DNA of 64,000 nt from Octopus sinensis. Lineage: Eukaryota. A program made the position numbers and the translations under genes. Position 1 is the first letter of the stretch. Each line of letters starts with the position of its first letter. Under the pieces are notes generated by a model, which did no database searches, was not told the origin of the DNA, and was given only the letters and a program-made list of their open reading frames with translations. Below, piece by piece: positions 13,293-26,540 of this stretch. The stretch is taken from positions 11,594,001 to 11,658,000 of the forward strand of contig NC_043012.1 of NCBI RefSeq assembly GCF_006345805.1, given 5' to 3'.

Positions 13293-14330
13293 TCAGGGAT
13301 TACGAGGCGGTTTCAGGGGCAACCAAGAAAAATCAGTGGGTTTGCGGCTCGGCACCTGAAGAAGCACGCCCATGCCGTCTAACTGCGTCGTTGGGCGCTG
13401 AGCGGACCGACCGGTTGAATTGCTCGGGATCTGGTTAGGTCCGGACCTCCAGATGGACAAAAGCTGGGACGAAGTAATGAGCAGGGTAATAACTTTCACC
13501 CAGAAACGGGCCGAGAGAAAGTTATCACTGAAAGGTTGGATCGGGATGGCTAACGCGTATATCGCGTCGTGTCTAGTCCTAGCCACTGCCTGATTACGCA
13601 AGAGCGTATACTCTTCCGCTTCTTGTTGAAGGGACTCGTCCCAATGCTCAAGCGGTTTATCTGCTGTCAACACCCACTGATTGGTGGCCTGGGCATGCCG
13701 TGGTTGATGATGCGCCGACATGTGCTGAGGCTACGACTTCTCCACTGCTTCCTTGACGGTGAACGGGTGTAGTCTAGAAGACAACACTTCCTTCTCTACC
13801 CTTATTTTCGTTTTGAAGTGAAACTTGAAGTGAAAGTTGATCAGGAATTAGCCAAAGAGAAAAGTGTTTGTCTCCAGCTCCTTCAATCTCGTCCACCATA
13901 CAACCTCTTTCGCCATGGCTACCGGGCATATAAACACAGCCTTTCCTTCTCGGTTAAAGGAAGGCAACGGGGTGATCTTCACGATGAGCGTTTACTTTTC
14001 GTTTCCTGCGGAAATGACGCGTTGTATTGGTCAGGCAGCCCGTTTATTGCCAGCGCTTTCTGGATTCGAGCTTGGCATGTCATAGTTACTAATGCGTAGA
14101 CACGCGCTGCAGTTACGCCTCTGACAGATTTTCCTAGACGGTAAGTTGGTTTTTGTCTCTGTTCGTAAGACACGCTTTTTTTGCAGCTCATCTCTTTAAC
14201 AGAGCTGCAATCTTAGACACTCACAGGCTTTCTACAAGTCGGGCGACACGGACGGTGGAAGTTCTACGGTAGTAATATATAGGAATCTAGCGGTAGGTAA
14301 CAGCGATGACATGCACGGAGAAACTTCGGG
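13293..14330 (+). mobile_element. Two degenerate Tx1/L1-clade RT fragments
   Basis: First fragment: EKSVGLRLGT..PVELLGIWLGPDLQ..KLSLKG and CCQHPLIGGLGMPWLMMRRH. Second, more decayed copy: GMS*LLMRRHALQLR..FLDG..LISLTELQS. Confidence 0.7.
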
Positions 14331-14449
14331 TCGATAAAATGAAGTACCAGTCAAATAGTCGAGTCGATGATATCGAGTAAGCCCTCTCTTCAAAATTGCT
14401 GGTCTTAAGATTAAACTGGTTTTACTGTTACTATCGCTTTACTTGGCCT

Positions 14450-14905
14450 TTTACTCTTTTACTTGTTTCAGTCATTTGATTGTGGCCATGCTGGAGCACC
14501 GCCTTTAGTCGAGCAAATCGAACCCAGGAGTTATTCTTTGTAAGCCTAGTACTTATTCTATTGGACTCTTTTTCCGAACCGCTAAGTTACGGGGACGTAA
14601 AGACACCAGCATCGGTTGTCAAGCCTTGTTGGCGGCGAACTGGCAGAATCGTTAACACGACGGGAGAAATGCTTAGCGGTATTTCGTCTACCGTTACGTT
14701 ATGAGTTCAAATTCCACCGAGGTCGACTTTGCCTGTCATCCTTTCGGAGTCGATAAATTAAGTACCAGTTACGCACTGGGGTGTAATCGACTTAATCCGT
14801 TTGTCTGGCCTTGTTTGTTCCCTCTATGTTTAGCCCCTTGTGGGTAATAAAGAAATAAGATGTTGGGGGGACAAACACAAACACACACACACACACACAC
14901 ACACC
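14450..14905. mobile_element. SINE type A (-) interrupted by SINE type B (+, 14631-14858)
   Basis: The type A sequence resumes after the type B copy. Confidence 0.75.
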
Positions 14906-15137
14906 GTTGGGGCACCGTCTTGAAAAGTTTAGACAAAACAACTCGACCCTGGTAATGATTTTATAGCCTGGTACTTATTCTATCGGTCTCCTTTAGCCGA
15001 ATCACTAGGTTGCGGGGGACGTAAACAAAACGACAGGACGACAAATACAAACTCAAAGACACACAGACAGAGATAACGAGAGCTGGATAACTACACAGAA
15101 AGGCAGATAGACAAATGAACAGAGAGATACTAAATGA

Positions 15138-15186
<49 letters not shown>

Positions 15187-15197
15187 CGGACACATAT

Positions 15198-15612
15198 ACT
15201 TCTTTTACTTGTTTCAGTCATTTGACTGCGGCCATGCTGGAGCACAGCCTTTTAGTCGAGCAAATTGACTCCGGGACTTATTATTTGTAAGCCCAGTACT
15301 TATTCTCTTTTGCCGAACCGCTAAGTTGACGGGGACATAAACACACCAGCATCGATTGTCAAGCAATGCTAGGGGGGGGGGGGACAAACACAGACACACA
15401 AACATACACACACACACACATACACACACTTATATATATATATATATACAACGGGCTTCTTTGAGTTTCCGTCTACCAAATCCACTCACAAGGCTTTGGT
15501 CGGCCCGAGGCTATAGTAGAAGACACTTGCCCAAGGTGCCACTCAGTGGGACTGAACCCGTCACCATGTGGTTGGTAAGCAAGCTACTTACCACACAGCC
15601 ACTCCTGCGCCT
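15198..15612 (-). mobile_element. SINE type A
   Basis: Full-length copy. Confidence 0.85.
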
Positions 15613-15990
15613 ACATATATTTATGTATGCATGCATGCGTGTATGTTTATATGTATCTATAAATACACACTTGCATACGCTCAGAGAGGGAGAGAGAGAG
15701 AGAGAGAGAGAGGGGGGGGAGGGAGAGAGAGGGAGAGAGAGAGAGCGGGGGGGGAGAGAAAGGGATTGCAGCTGAAAGACTTTTCCTAACAACGTGCACT
15801 GAAAGACATTCATCGTAGTATCTTGTGGCGATGGATTCTTGCCCCCCAGGAGTTGATGTTTGTCTGCAGCTCGTTTATTTTTGTCTTATTTTATTTATTT
15901 ATTTTCTTTTCGGTTGACGAACTTGGGGTGAGGACGGTGATGGTGGGAAAGCTGGCCAACCTTTTCCTTTATTATATATATATATACATA

Positions 15991-16707
15991 TAGGCACAGG
16001 AGTGGCTGTGTGGTAAGTAGCTTGCTAACCAACCACATGGTTCCGGGTTCAGTCCCACTGCGTGGCATCTTGGGCAAGTGTCTTCTACTATAGCCCCGGG
16101 CCGACCAATGCCTTGTGAGTGGATTTGGTAGACGGAAACTGAAAGAAGCCCGTCGTATATATGTATATATATATATATATATATATCTATATATATATAT
16201 ATATATATACATATGTGTGTGTGTGTTTGTGTGTCTGTGTTTGTCCCCCTAGCATTGCTTGACAACCGATGGTGGTGTGTTTACGTCCCCGTAACTTAGC
16301 GGTTCGGCAAAAGATACCGATAGAATAAGTACTGGGCTTACAAAGAATAAGTCCCGGGGTCGATTTTCTCGACTAAAGGCGGTGCTCCAGCATGGCCGCA
16401 GTCAAATGACTGAAACAAGTAAAAGAGTAAAAGAGTAAAAGAGTATATATTATATATATATATATATATATACATATGTGTGTGTGTGTTTGTGTGTCTG
16501 TGTTTGTCCCCCTAGCATTGCTTGACAACCGATGGTGGTGTGTTTACGTCCCCGTAACTTAGCGGTTCGGCAAAAGATACCGATAGAATAAGTACTGGGC
16601 TTACAAAGAATAAGTCCCGGGGTCGATTTTCTCGACTAAAGGCGGTGCTCCAGCATGGCCGCAGTCAAATGACTGAAACAAGTAAAAGAGTAAAAGAGTA
16701 AAAGAGT
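15991..16707 (+). mobile_element. SINE type A with tandem duplication of its 3' half (263-bp offset)
   Basis: About 16210-16445 is repeated essentially identically at about 16473-16707. Confidence 0.85.
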
Positions 16708-17004
16708 ATATATTATATATATAATATATATATAGGGATGGTATTATTAAAATACCATCACAAGTGGTAAGCGAATTATCAGCCGTACAGGCAAATTAAT
16801 AAAATATATACATACAATATTAGATATGTACATATATACACAAGGGTACTACAAGAGTACCTATATCGCTAATGATAGAAGTCGAGAAATACTTCTGTAC
16901 CACGGAATACTCACAAATCTATTACAGACAAGACAGGAAAAAATATCAGTGAACAATAATAATGTCTTACCTCAAATGGGTCTGAACAAATAAATGCTGG
17001 TCAA

Positions 17005-17063
17005 CCTGGTACCGGTTTCGAAATTTAGCGCCAAATAGGTGCATGATTTCTCATCAGCCAAAG
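17005..17063 (-). ncRNA. Minimal type-I hammerhead ribozyme motif (Penelope-type)
   Basis: The minus strand reads cUUUGG-CUGAUGA-GAAAU...AUUUC-GAAA-CCGG-UA-CCAGG: full catalytic core, 5-bp stem II, palindromic CCGG helix III, and a pairing stem I. Confidence 0.75.
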
Positions 17064-17097
17064 TCCGCCAGCTAAATAACTACTAACATTCTCCCCC

Positions 17098-17132
<35 letters not shown>

Positions 17133-17289
17133 ATTATATATATATATATGTACACACACACATATACACAGCGGTCTTCTTTCAGTTTCCGTCTAGCAAA
17201 TTCATTCACAACGTCCCAAGGTGCCACCATGGGACTGAACCCGAAACCATATCGTTTTCACCCCTACACTTTTAGTTATTCATGCAATG

Positions 17290-17950
17290 TGCCATCATGT
17301 ACCGTGGATTGAGAAAGTGGTTGAAAATTGCTATCATAGAATATAGGAAAGAACACAACGTCATTCTAAAGTCTCTATTCGCTTTTGTTTTACTGTCAAA
17401 TAGCATTTTACGTGATATTAATGTCAGAACCCCGTTTTCCAACTCATGTTTTCCGCTACTGCGTCCTCCTTTCTGCAGCTTTAGTCTCAAGGAATTGATC
17501 ATAGACAGAAAAAAATATCAACAAACAATACATTGATTGCCTTTGAACTAGACTGAAGAATGCAATCAAGTTTCGATATCTGATCGAGACATTTCACTTC
17601 ACTACCGTCTCCTGATAAACAAGTGCCCTTCATGCCTTTTATTAATTGCACCCATGTATCAAGACTCCGTCAGAAAAGAAAATTTAGAGTTGATTCCAAG
17701 ATGGAACATTGTGCAAATCTCAACTGCGCTCATTGATTATATTTAGAGAACACAGAACAGCTTGGTCCCTTTTTGGTGGGGAGAACCCCAGTTTTTCTAG
17801 TTTTTTATGTAGATCCATGTTTGTGTAGCCATGGGCGCCTATGATAATGAGTACGAACGGGAAACAGTAATTGGGGCATAAGAGCTGTAAGTTTCCTATC
17901 AGTTCTCCATGGATATTCACATTTTTTTTACTGATTTTGACGCAAAATTC
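17290..17950 (-). mobile_element. Decayed REL-endonuclease non-LTR element
   Basis: Reads KKNVNIHGELIGNLQLLCPNYCFPFVLIIIGAHGY..LEKLGF, resembling a REL C-terminus. Confidence 0.5.
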
Positions 17951-18295
17951 ACAAAATTTAAATGCAAGCATCTCCCGTAGAATCTGATTTGCAAATTTTC
18001 TCTTCGTACATCAGCTACATCAATCTTAAAACCTTATAGGAACCTGCAGAGACCCTTGGGCACCGTTCTAACTCACCCTTTACCTATTAAATGATACATA
18101 AGAAGCGAAAACACATGTAAAAGAGAACTTACATAGACAGGCTCATACAAGCCAAAACGAAGTATTCTTCGTAGTAACGTGATTGTACATAAATAACAGT
18201 CAAATCTCCCTCAAAGTATACTGGAAATCTTAATGGTGAGAATTGGAGAAAGGAAGGGAAAGATAGGTCGATATATATATATATATTATATATAT

Positions 18296-18342
<47 letters not shown>

Positions 18343-18786
18343 CTTGGAGAAAGTGATTATTAATGGCTGTCTCCATTACTTTGACAATATTAGAAGTGAG
18401 TGTAATAGAACAAAAACTAAGGGTCAAAGAAGTTGTCTTTTGAGGAAATGGTACAAACTGTAGCGTTTTTAAGGGTGTTTGTATGTATATATACATGTCA
18501 TTACAACACCTGCCTGTGTTTGGATTGTCTTTGCTCAGGGGCCATCAGGACTCCCGCCTTCGCCGTGAACAGTATTTAATCTTCTCTCTTCGCTCCTTTG
18601 CACCGTATGGGCTCAACTCCCCTCCTCTCTTTATCTGACTCCCCTCGTCTTCTTTCTTCATCTCACACCTATTTCCCCTCTTCACTCTTACCCATTTCTC
18701 CTCTCTTGCCCTGACACTTACTTCCTCACTTCACTCCTACCCACATCCTCCCTTCGTTGTTACCCCGTCTATCCACACCCCACTCT

Positions 18787-18817
<31 letters not shown>

Positions 18818-18839
18818 ATATAATATATATCTATATATC

Positions 18840-19022
<183 letters not shown>

Positions 19023-19029
19023 GATTTAC

Positions 19030-19197
19030 AGAAAAGCAAAAGACCGAGTCAGGTATATGAACAACAAGCAGATGTATTAGTTTGACTTTCGGGAAAGTGA
19101 GAAAGTATTTTATGTTTCGAGCCTACGCTCTTCTTCAGGAACAGATGTCAGAGGAAAGTCTAAGAGTAGAGGAAGATGAAGGGAAAAAATCGCCAAC

Positions 19198-19200
<3 letters not shown>
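19030..19200 (-). mobile_element. Penelope-like terminal-repeat fragment with hammerhead-like core
   Basis: The minus strand has CUGAAGA-a-GAGC-guag-GCUC-GAAAC at about 19108-19143. A similar decayed copy lies at about 20905-21090. Confidence 0.45.
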
Positions 19201-19265
<65 letters not shown>

Positions 19266-19750
19266 AAGAGGGGGGTAAGGAGAAAGAAACGTATGCATGT
19301 ATATGCGTATACGTATATGGTGGGGGATGAGGTGGGGTAAACATGGAGACATTAATGACTCATGAAATGACATTGTAAAAAGCTTTGTGGCTTATTTGAA
19401 ACTTCATCCTTTGATTACTTTACAGTCATAATGAGTCACCAGTCTGACCAAATTAAAATAAGCAGCGAAGAGATGGGAATAGGAGACGCGCCTTTCTTAT
19501 TGTGTAACGTTGAAAATTATATTTATGCTTGTATATATGTGTGTATGTATGTATGTATGTATGTATGCATGTATGTATGTATGTATGTATGCATGTACGT
19601 GTGTATGTATTTACGTATGTATGTATATATGTATGTATGTACGTATGTATGTATGCATGCATACATACATACATGCATGCTTGTGTGTATGAACGTATGA
19701 ATGTATGTATGTATCTATTTCTCTTTCTCTCGTTCTCTGTCTGTCTGTTG

Positions 19751-19786
<36 letters not shown>

Positions 19787-19815
19787 ATATATATATAATA
19801 TATGTATATATATAT

Positions 19816-19879
<64 letters not shown>

Positions 19880-19951
19880 AAATCAAATTGCGATAAAATA
19901 AAAATAATTATAATCGCTGCTATATATATATATATGTATGTATGTATGTAT

Positions 19952-20154
19952 ATAATTGAAGCGGTAAACTCAGAAACAAAGTTTAGGTCAATCTGCAAAT
20001 TCCCAAACGGAGAACACACAGATGTTAAGTTTTAAAGATATTAAAAAAAAGACACATACATTAATACAGATAAATACAAATCTCTCTATATAAAATACGT
20101 TCTTTAAATTTATATTTTTATTTATATATGTTATGCTTTGATATATATAAATAT

Positions 20155-20208
<54 letters not shown>

Positions 20209-20333
20209 ATTTATCTGTATTAATGTATGTGTCTTTTTTTTTAATATCTTTAAAACTTTACATCTCTTTGTTCTCCGTTTGGGAATTTGCAGATTGACCT
20301 AAACTTTGTTTCTGAGTTTACCGCTTCAATTAT
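19952..20333. repeat. Inverted repeat with arms of about 130 bp around an AT-rich/(TA)n spacer
   Basis: 19952-20081 is the near-perfect reverse complement of 20203-20333. Confidence 0.9.
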
Positions 20334-20435
20334 CATTCGTCTCGGGCTCATTCCGAGCACTTCGCAGTAACAGCCCATACATCGCGAAAGAAAGGTTTAA
20401 TAGTAACATATATATGTATATATATATATATATCA

Positions 20436-20721
20436 CATGATCATACATGACCGACCAGACCATCAGATGTTGTTACACATCGCTGGTCACAATGCGTTCG
20501 CATTGTTTTAGCCTTCGAATGACGCCACCCCGCTGGCTAAGCGAGCAGGCCAACAGAAAAAGAGTGGTGAAAGAGTACAGCAGGGATCACCACTCCCTGC
20601 CGGAGCCTCGTGGAGCTTTTAGGTGTTTTCGCTCAATAAACACTCACAACACCCGGTCTGGGAATCGAAACCGCGATCCTACGACCGCGAGTCCGCTGCC
20701 CTAACCACTTGGCCATTGCGC

Positions 20722-20723
<2 letters not shown>
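20436..20723 (-). mobile_element. SINE type C with alternative 3' tail
   Basis: Same head as 29454, with a different 3' end. Confidence 0.8.
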
Positions 20724-20803
<80 letters not shown>

Positions 20804-20862
20804 ATACATATATGTACCTCGGTACATGTTTTCATAGACACAAAGCCATGCACACAGACGTG

Positions 20863-20900
<38 letters not shown>

Positions 20901-21619
20901 GTCAATTCAAATAAACAAACAATTCAGATAAACGAATAAAAAGGGACAACATGAGGACGTGCACAAGAAATGAATTAGCTTGGTGCGTGGTGAAAGGAGA
21001 GAGTTTGACGTTTCGAGAAGCATAGATCTTCGTCGGAAAGGAGAAAAGGAAAAGTCCAAAGAAGGAAAAGAAAAAAAAGTAATCGCCACCGGTGCGTGTG
21101 CAGCTGCATTGCTGAAGTGATTGGAAGTAGGTTTCTTTCAGCTTCCGTCTACCAAATCCACTCACAAGGCTTTGGCCGGCCCGAGGCTATAAGTAGAAGA
21201 CACTTGCCCAAAGTGTTATGCAGTGGGACTGAATCCGGTTGGGAAGCAAGCTTCTTACCACATAGGGGTCACGCACTTTGTTATTATGTTTCATTCAAAA
21301 TGTTTCTCCAAGAATCGAACTCTTCTCTCCGGTTTGTTTACAGTTGGCTTCAGTTACCATATCCGTCCATCCATTCATCTTGTCCACTCACTATTCCTGG
21401 GTGGGTCATGGGAGTGGATTTCTCATCCACTTCTTCTACTGGGTCCTGTCAAAAGCAACCGTCGTTACACTTACCGGCTGAGTTCCCAAGCGTCACCAAC
21501 TGAGACTACGGATATTATCGTCCTTTGTCTGCCCCTACGTCCCTTGCTGATTGGTTCGGCCTGAAGAATCTGTCTTGCCACTCTTTCTACGACACTCTAA
21601 TTATATGTCTGAGCTATGA

Positions 21620-21713
21620 ACAGCTAAGTTACGGGGACGTAGACACACCACTATCGGTTGTCAAGCGATGTTGGGGGGACAAACACAGACACACAAACAT
21701 ATTCACACATACA

Positions 21714-21787
<74 letters not shown>

Positions 21788-21945
21788 GCGACAGGCCTCT
21801 TACAGTTTCCGTCTACCAAATCCACTCACAAGGCTTTGGTCGGTCGGAGGCTATAGTAGAAGACACTTGCCCAAGGTGCCACGCAGTGGGAGTGAACCCA
21901 GAACCATGTGTTTGGTAAGCAAGCTACTTACCACACAGCCACTTC
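21620..21945 (-). mobile_element. SINE type A (partial)
   Basis: Similarity to the other copies. Confidence 0.8.
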
Positions 21946-22485
21946 TAGTAATATCTCGTTTAGTTCCCGCTTCAGAAGCCAGGGACTAGCATTAGTAGTA
22001 TCGATACTTATGTATTTGTAAAGGGATTCGATTTATGAAAATACTGAATAAGCTTTGCATCCCGTAGTTTCGTTGCTAAATTCTCAATCAACTGAGTTTC
22101 AGTTACAATTGCAATTATTTTTCTTATACATGTTTATGTAAACAAAGACAAATGATTGTTACAACAATTTTAATATTCATGAATACCTTTGTGTTTTATC
22201 GATTTCTAAAGTATACAGTTCTTTTCATTTCTCATAAATTCCAATTATCGATTTATCTTTTTTTTTTGTATGAGATTTTCTTTTCCGCAACTTTTCAGTT
22301 TCTTTTCTAAGTCCTGTGATGAAAGAACTCGGAAGGTTGGGCCTCCAGCCAGGACTTTCGCGATGCCCTTAAAGCCAGGAAGATTTCAGCACCACTTCAC
22401 GTATATATATATATATATATATATATATACAAACACATACACACATACATACACACACACACACATACATACATACATACATACA

Positions 22486-22517
<32 letters not shown>

Positions 22518-22530
22518 CACATATATACAT

Positions 22531-22614
<84 letters not shown>

Positions 22615-22764
22615 CAAATTGGAACAGTAAAAAGGGGAAAATATAGAAAGAATTCATAGTCTTTTTAGCATGAAATCTTTTTAATTTAAGGCAGCGAGTT
22701 GGCACGCCGGACAAAATAGCTAGCGGCATTTTATCCGTGTTTTTTTTTGTTTTGTTTTGTTCCT

Positions 22765-23050
22765 TCTCGAGCCATGCCTGGCTCGCGGTCTCCCGGTTTC
22801 CTTGGCGTATAGGTTCCACACCTGGACGGGTAGCCGGTCCGTCGCGGGTGAGCTGCAAGATGCAGGAGGAAAGAGTGAGAGAAAGTTGTGGCGAAAGAGT
22901 CAGCAGAAGTTCGCCATTTCCTTCTGCCGGAGCCACGTTTAGCTTAGGTGTTTCGCTCATAAACACACACATCACCCGGTCTGAGATTCGAAGCCGCGGT
23001 CCCTCGACCGCGAGTCCGCTGCTCTAACCACTAGGCCATGTGCCTCCACT
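22765..23050 (-). mobile_element. SINE type C variant
   Basis: tRNA-like head gtggaggcacatggcctagtgg on the - strand. Confidence 0.75.
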
Positions 23051-23739
23051 TATCCGTGTTTACATTCTGAGTTTAAATCCCCGCGAGGTCGACTTTGTTT
23101 TTCATACTTTCGGGGTCGATAAAACAAGTACCAGTTGAATATTGGAGTCGCTATAATTGACTTACCCATCTAAAATTGCTGGTCTTTTGGCAAAATTTGA
23201 AACCAGTAAGAAATCTTATTTTCATTTTGAAATTTGTATGACTATTTCATCATCCAAGTGCGACGAGGTGATGAAATGTTGGTTTCGTATTTTGGTACAA
23301 AGACAGCAAGTTCAGGAGAAGGGTTGGTTGATTACATTGATACTCAGGGAAGACAAACGAACGATCGCTAAGCATTTCGCCCGGCGTGCTAACATTTCTG
23401 CCAGCTCGTCGCCTTTTTAAAGAATATATATGTATTTATTCCTTTATTGCCCACAGGGAGCTAAACATTGAGGGGACAAACAAGGACAGACAAAGGGATT
23501 AAGTCGATTACATCGACCCCAGTGCGTAAATGGTACTTATTTAATCGACTCTGAAAGGATGAAGGCAAAGTCGAACTTGGTGGAATGTGAACTCAGAACG
23601 TAAAGACGGCGTGCTAACGATTCTGTTTGTTCGCCGCCTAAGAAGATGAAATATTGGTAGTTAGAGTCGTTGAAACGTCGGAAAAGAAAATGTCTTGCGA
23701 TATTTGTTCCTGATCTTTATATTCTGGACTGTTTTGGAA

Positions 23740-24122
23740 GGACTTCGTCGGTTACGACGATGAGGGTTCCGGTTGATCCGAATCAACGGAACAGCCTGCT
23801 CGTGAAATTAACGTGTAAGTGGCTGAGCACTCCACAGACACGTGCACCCATAACGTAGTTCTCGGGGATATTCAGCATGACACAGAGAGTGACAAGGCCG
23901 GCCCCTTGAAATACAGGTACATCAGAAACAGGAAGTAAGAGTGAGAGAAAGTTGTGGTGAAAGAGTACAGCAGGGATCACCACCATCCCCTGCCGGAGCC
24001 TCGTGGAGCTTTTTAGGTGTTTTCGCTCAATAAACACTCACAACGCCCGGTCTGGGAATCGAAACCGCGATCCTATGACCGCGAGTCAGCTGCCCTAACC
24101 ACTGGGCCATTGCGCCTCCACT
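23740..24122 (-). mobile_element. SINE type C
   Basis: Reverse complement of 29454-29844. Confidence 0.85.
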
Positions 24123-24334
24123 GTTCTGGACTGTAATCCCGCCGAAGTCAACTTATTTTGCTTTCTTTTGGTGACAGGGTCGATTTTTTGTCAACTAGTA
24201 TCTGTATAATCAACTATCCCCTCCTACCAAACTTCCAGGCCTTATGCATGTAATAGAAAGGAGTGACAAAAAGAAACAAAAGAAAAGAAAAAGGATTGTT
24301 ATTGGTCTGCGTATATCAGAAACTGAAAATTTGT

Positions 24335-24645
24335 CTTTCGTTTTTGGATTTGGTTTGCAAGATTCTTTATATGAGTTCGTGTGTTGAAGCATATTCTGTT
24401 GTGTCTGGAGAGAGTCATTTTCTGTTTGTGCCTTATTATGTAACACAGTCACCGGTAAAATTTCCACTTATATCTTATTTTTATTTTCCTAAAATTTTCG
24501 TTGCGTCTTGCAACTATTGGAAAGGTTGCAAGACGCAACGAAAATTTTATGAAAATAAAAATAAGAAATAAGTGAAAACTCCACCAGTGAGTGTGTTACA
24601 TTATAAGGTATAAAAAGAAAATGACTCTCCCCAGACACAACTGAA
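24335..24645. mobile_element. Foldback/palindromic element (arms of about 120 bp)
   Basis: Centre reads ...ttttcgttgcgtcttgcaac-tattggaaag-gttgcaagacgcaacgaaaa... Confidence 0.8.
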
Positions 24646-25369
24646 AATTTGTCATTTTGGGGCTGATGTAGAAAATAATTTGTGGCATTTAGTGACGGCT
24701 TTTTATGTTTTGAATTTGAATCTCGTCGAAGTGCATTTTGCATTTTACCCTTTCAGGGGCAGTGGAAAGTTCCAAGTTGAAGAAAAGTGGGGTGATAATG
24801 GGGTAGCGATTCATTTAAAAACCACAAAATAATGGGTCCATTAGGTAAAATCTTATTTGTGAAATACCGAAATACGGTTGCTTTGAATTTGCTTCGGAAA
24901 GAGGTCTATGTTTGTGATGGTTGGGGTGGGCGCACTAGGAATGTGACCCGGATGTCAAGGGGCGGCAGCCTCGAAACGTTTGGGAACCGCTGTCCCAAAT
25001 ACCAGTTCAATATTTCATCATATAAGGGCGTTGGTAGAATCGGTGGAGTATCGATTAAAACATCTGGACTTGTCGTTTATTCTCCAACCTTTTCAGAAAC
25101 GATCAATGAGATATCAACGAAATGAATTACATTTAGGGCGATTTTGCAAATATCAAAGAGCAACATTTCATCATTCATATTGTTGTTGTTCTTCTTGTAG
25201 GTAGTTGTGTTGGTGGTGGCGGCGGTAGTGGTTTCATAAAAAAGAAAATAAAATAAAAACCCAAACAAACTAGTATTTCATCATATCTTTCCAGTTTGAT
25301 GTGAGGGTGAGAAGGAAACAAAGGACCAACACCACTACTGTTACTGCAGCTACTACCACCACCACCACC

Positions 25370-25405
<36 letters not shown>

Positions 25406-25675
25406 CCCTTCACGGATGATTCTTTTCAAAATCCGCCCCACCCGTATCACTAATTCAATACACCGAATTACGTACAGTTTGTCCTTAGACACCTTTGTTG
25501 TTATTGGTGTTGCTATTGTCATTGCTACTGCTGCTATTTCAGTTCTTTCTATTGTTGCTATTCTTCTTGCTCTTGTTGCTGTAATAATGCTGCTATTTTT
25601 ACTGTTGTTATTGTTATTGGTCATGTTGACGCTTTTGCGCTTCTATTTCTAGATAGACTGGAGCGTTTCTCTTCT

Positions 25676-26090
25676 GTGGCTGTGTGGTAAGTAGGTTGCT
25701 TACCAACCACATGGGTCCGGGTTCAGTTCCACTGCGCGGCACCTTGAGCAATTTATTTCTACTATAACCTCGGGCCGACCAAAGCCTTGTGAGTGGATTT
25801 GGTAGACGGAAACTGAAAGAAGCCCGTCGTATATATGTATATATATGTTTATGTATGTATGTGTGTGTATATGTTTGTGTGTCTGTGTTTGCCCCCCTCC
25901 CAACATCGCTTGACAACCGATGCTGGTGTGTTTAAGTCACCGTAACTTAGCGGTTCGGCAAAAGAGACCGATAGAATAAGTACTGGGCTTACAAAAGAAT
26001 AAGTCCCGGGGTCGAGTTGCTCGACCAAAGGCGGTACTCCAGCATGGCCGCAGTCAAATGACTGAAACAAGTAAAAGAGTAAAAGAGTAG
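25676..26090 (+). mobile_element. SINE type A
   Basis: Tail-to-tail with 26121-26540. Confidence 0.85.
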
Positions 26091-26120
26091 ATGTAATTTT
26101 TGACGCTGAATTCGAATTTG

Positions 26121-26540
26121 TTACTCTTTACTCTTTTACTCTTTTACTTGTTTCAGTCATTTGACTGCGGCCATGCTGGAGCACCGCCTTTAGTCGAGCA
26201 AATCGACCCCAGGACTTATTCTTTGTAAGCCCAGTACTTATTCTATCGGTCTCTTTTGCCGAACCGCTAAGTGACGGGGACGTAAACACACCAGCATCGG
26301 TTGTCAAGCAATGCTAGGGGGACGAACACAGACACACAAACATATACACACACATACATATATATATACATATATACGACAGGCTTCTTTCAGTTTCTGT
26401 CTACCAAATCCACTCACAAGGCTTTGGTCGACCCGGGGCTATAGCAGAAGACACTTGCCCAAGATGCCACGCAGTGGGACTGAACCCGGAACCATGTGGT
26501 TGGTAAGCAAGCTACTTACCACACAGCCACTCCTGCGCCT
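26121..26540 (-). mobile_element. SINE type A
   Basis: Full-length copy. Confidence 0.85.
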
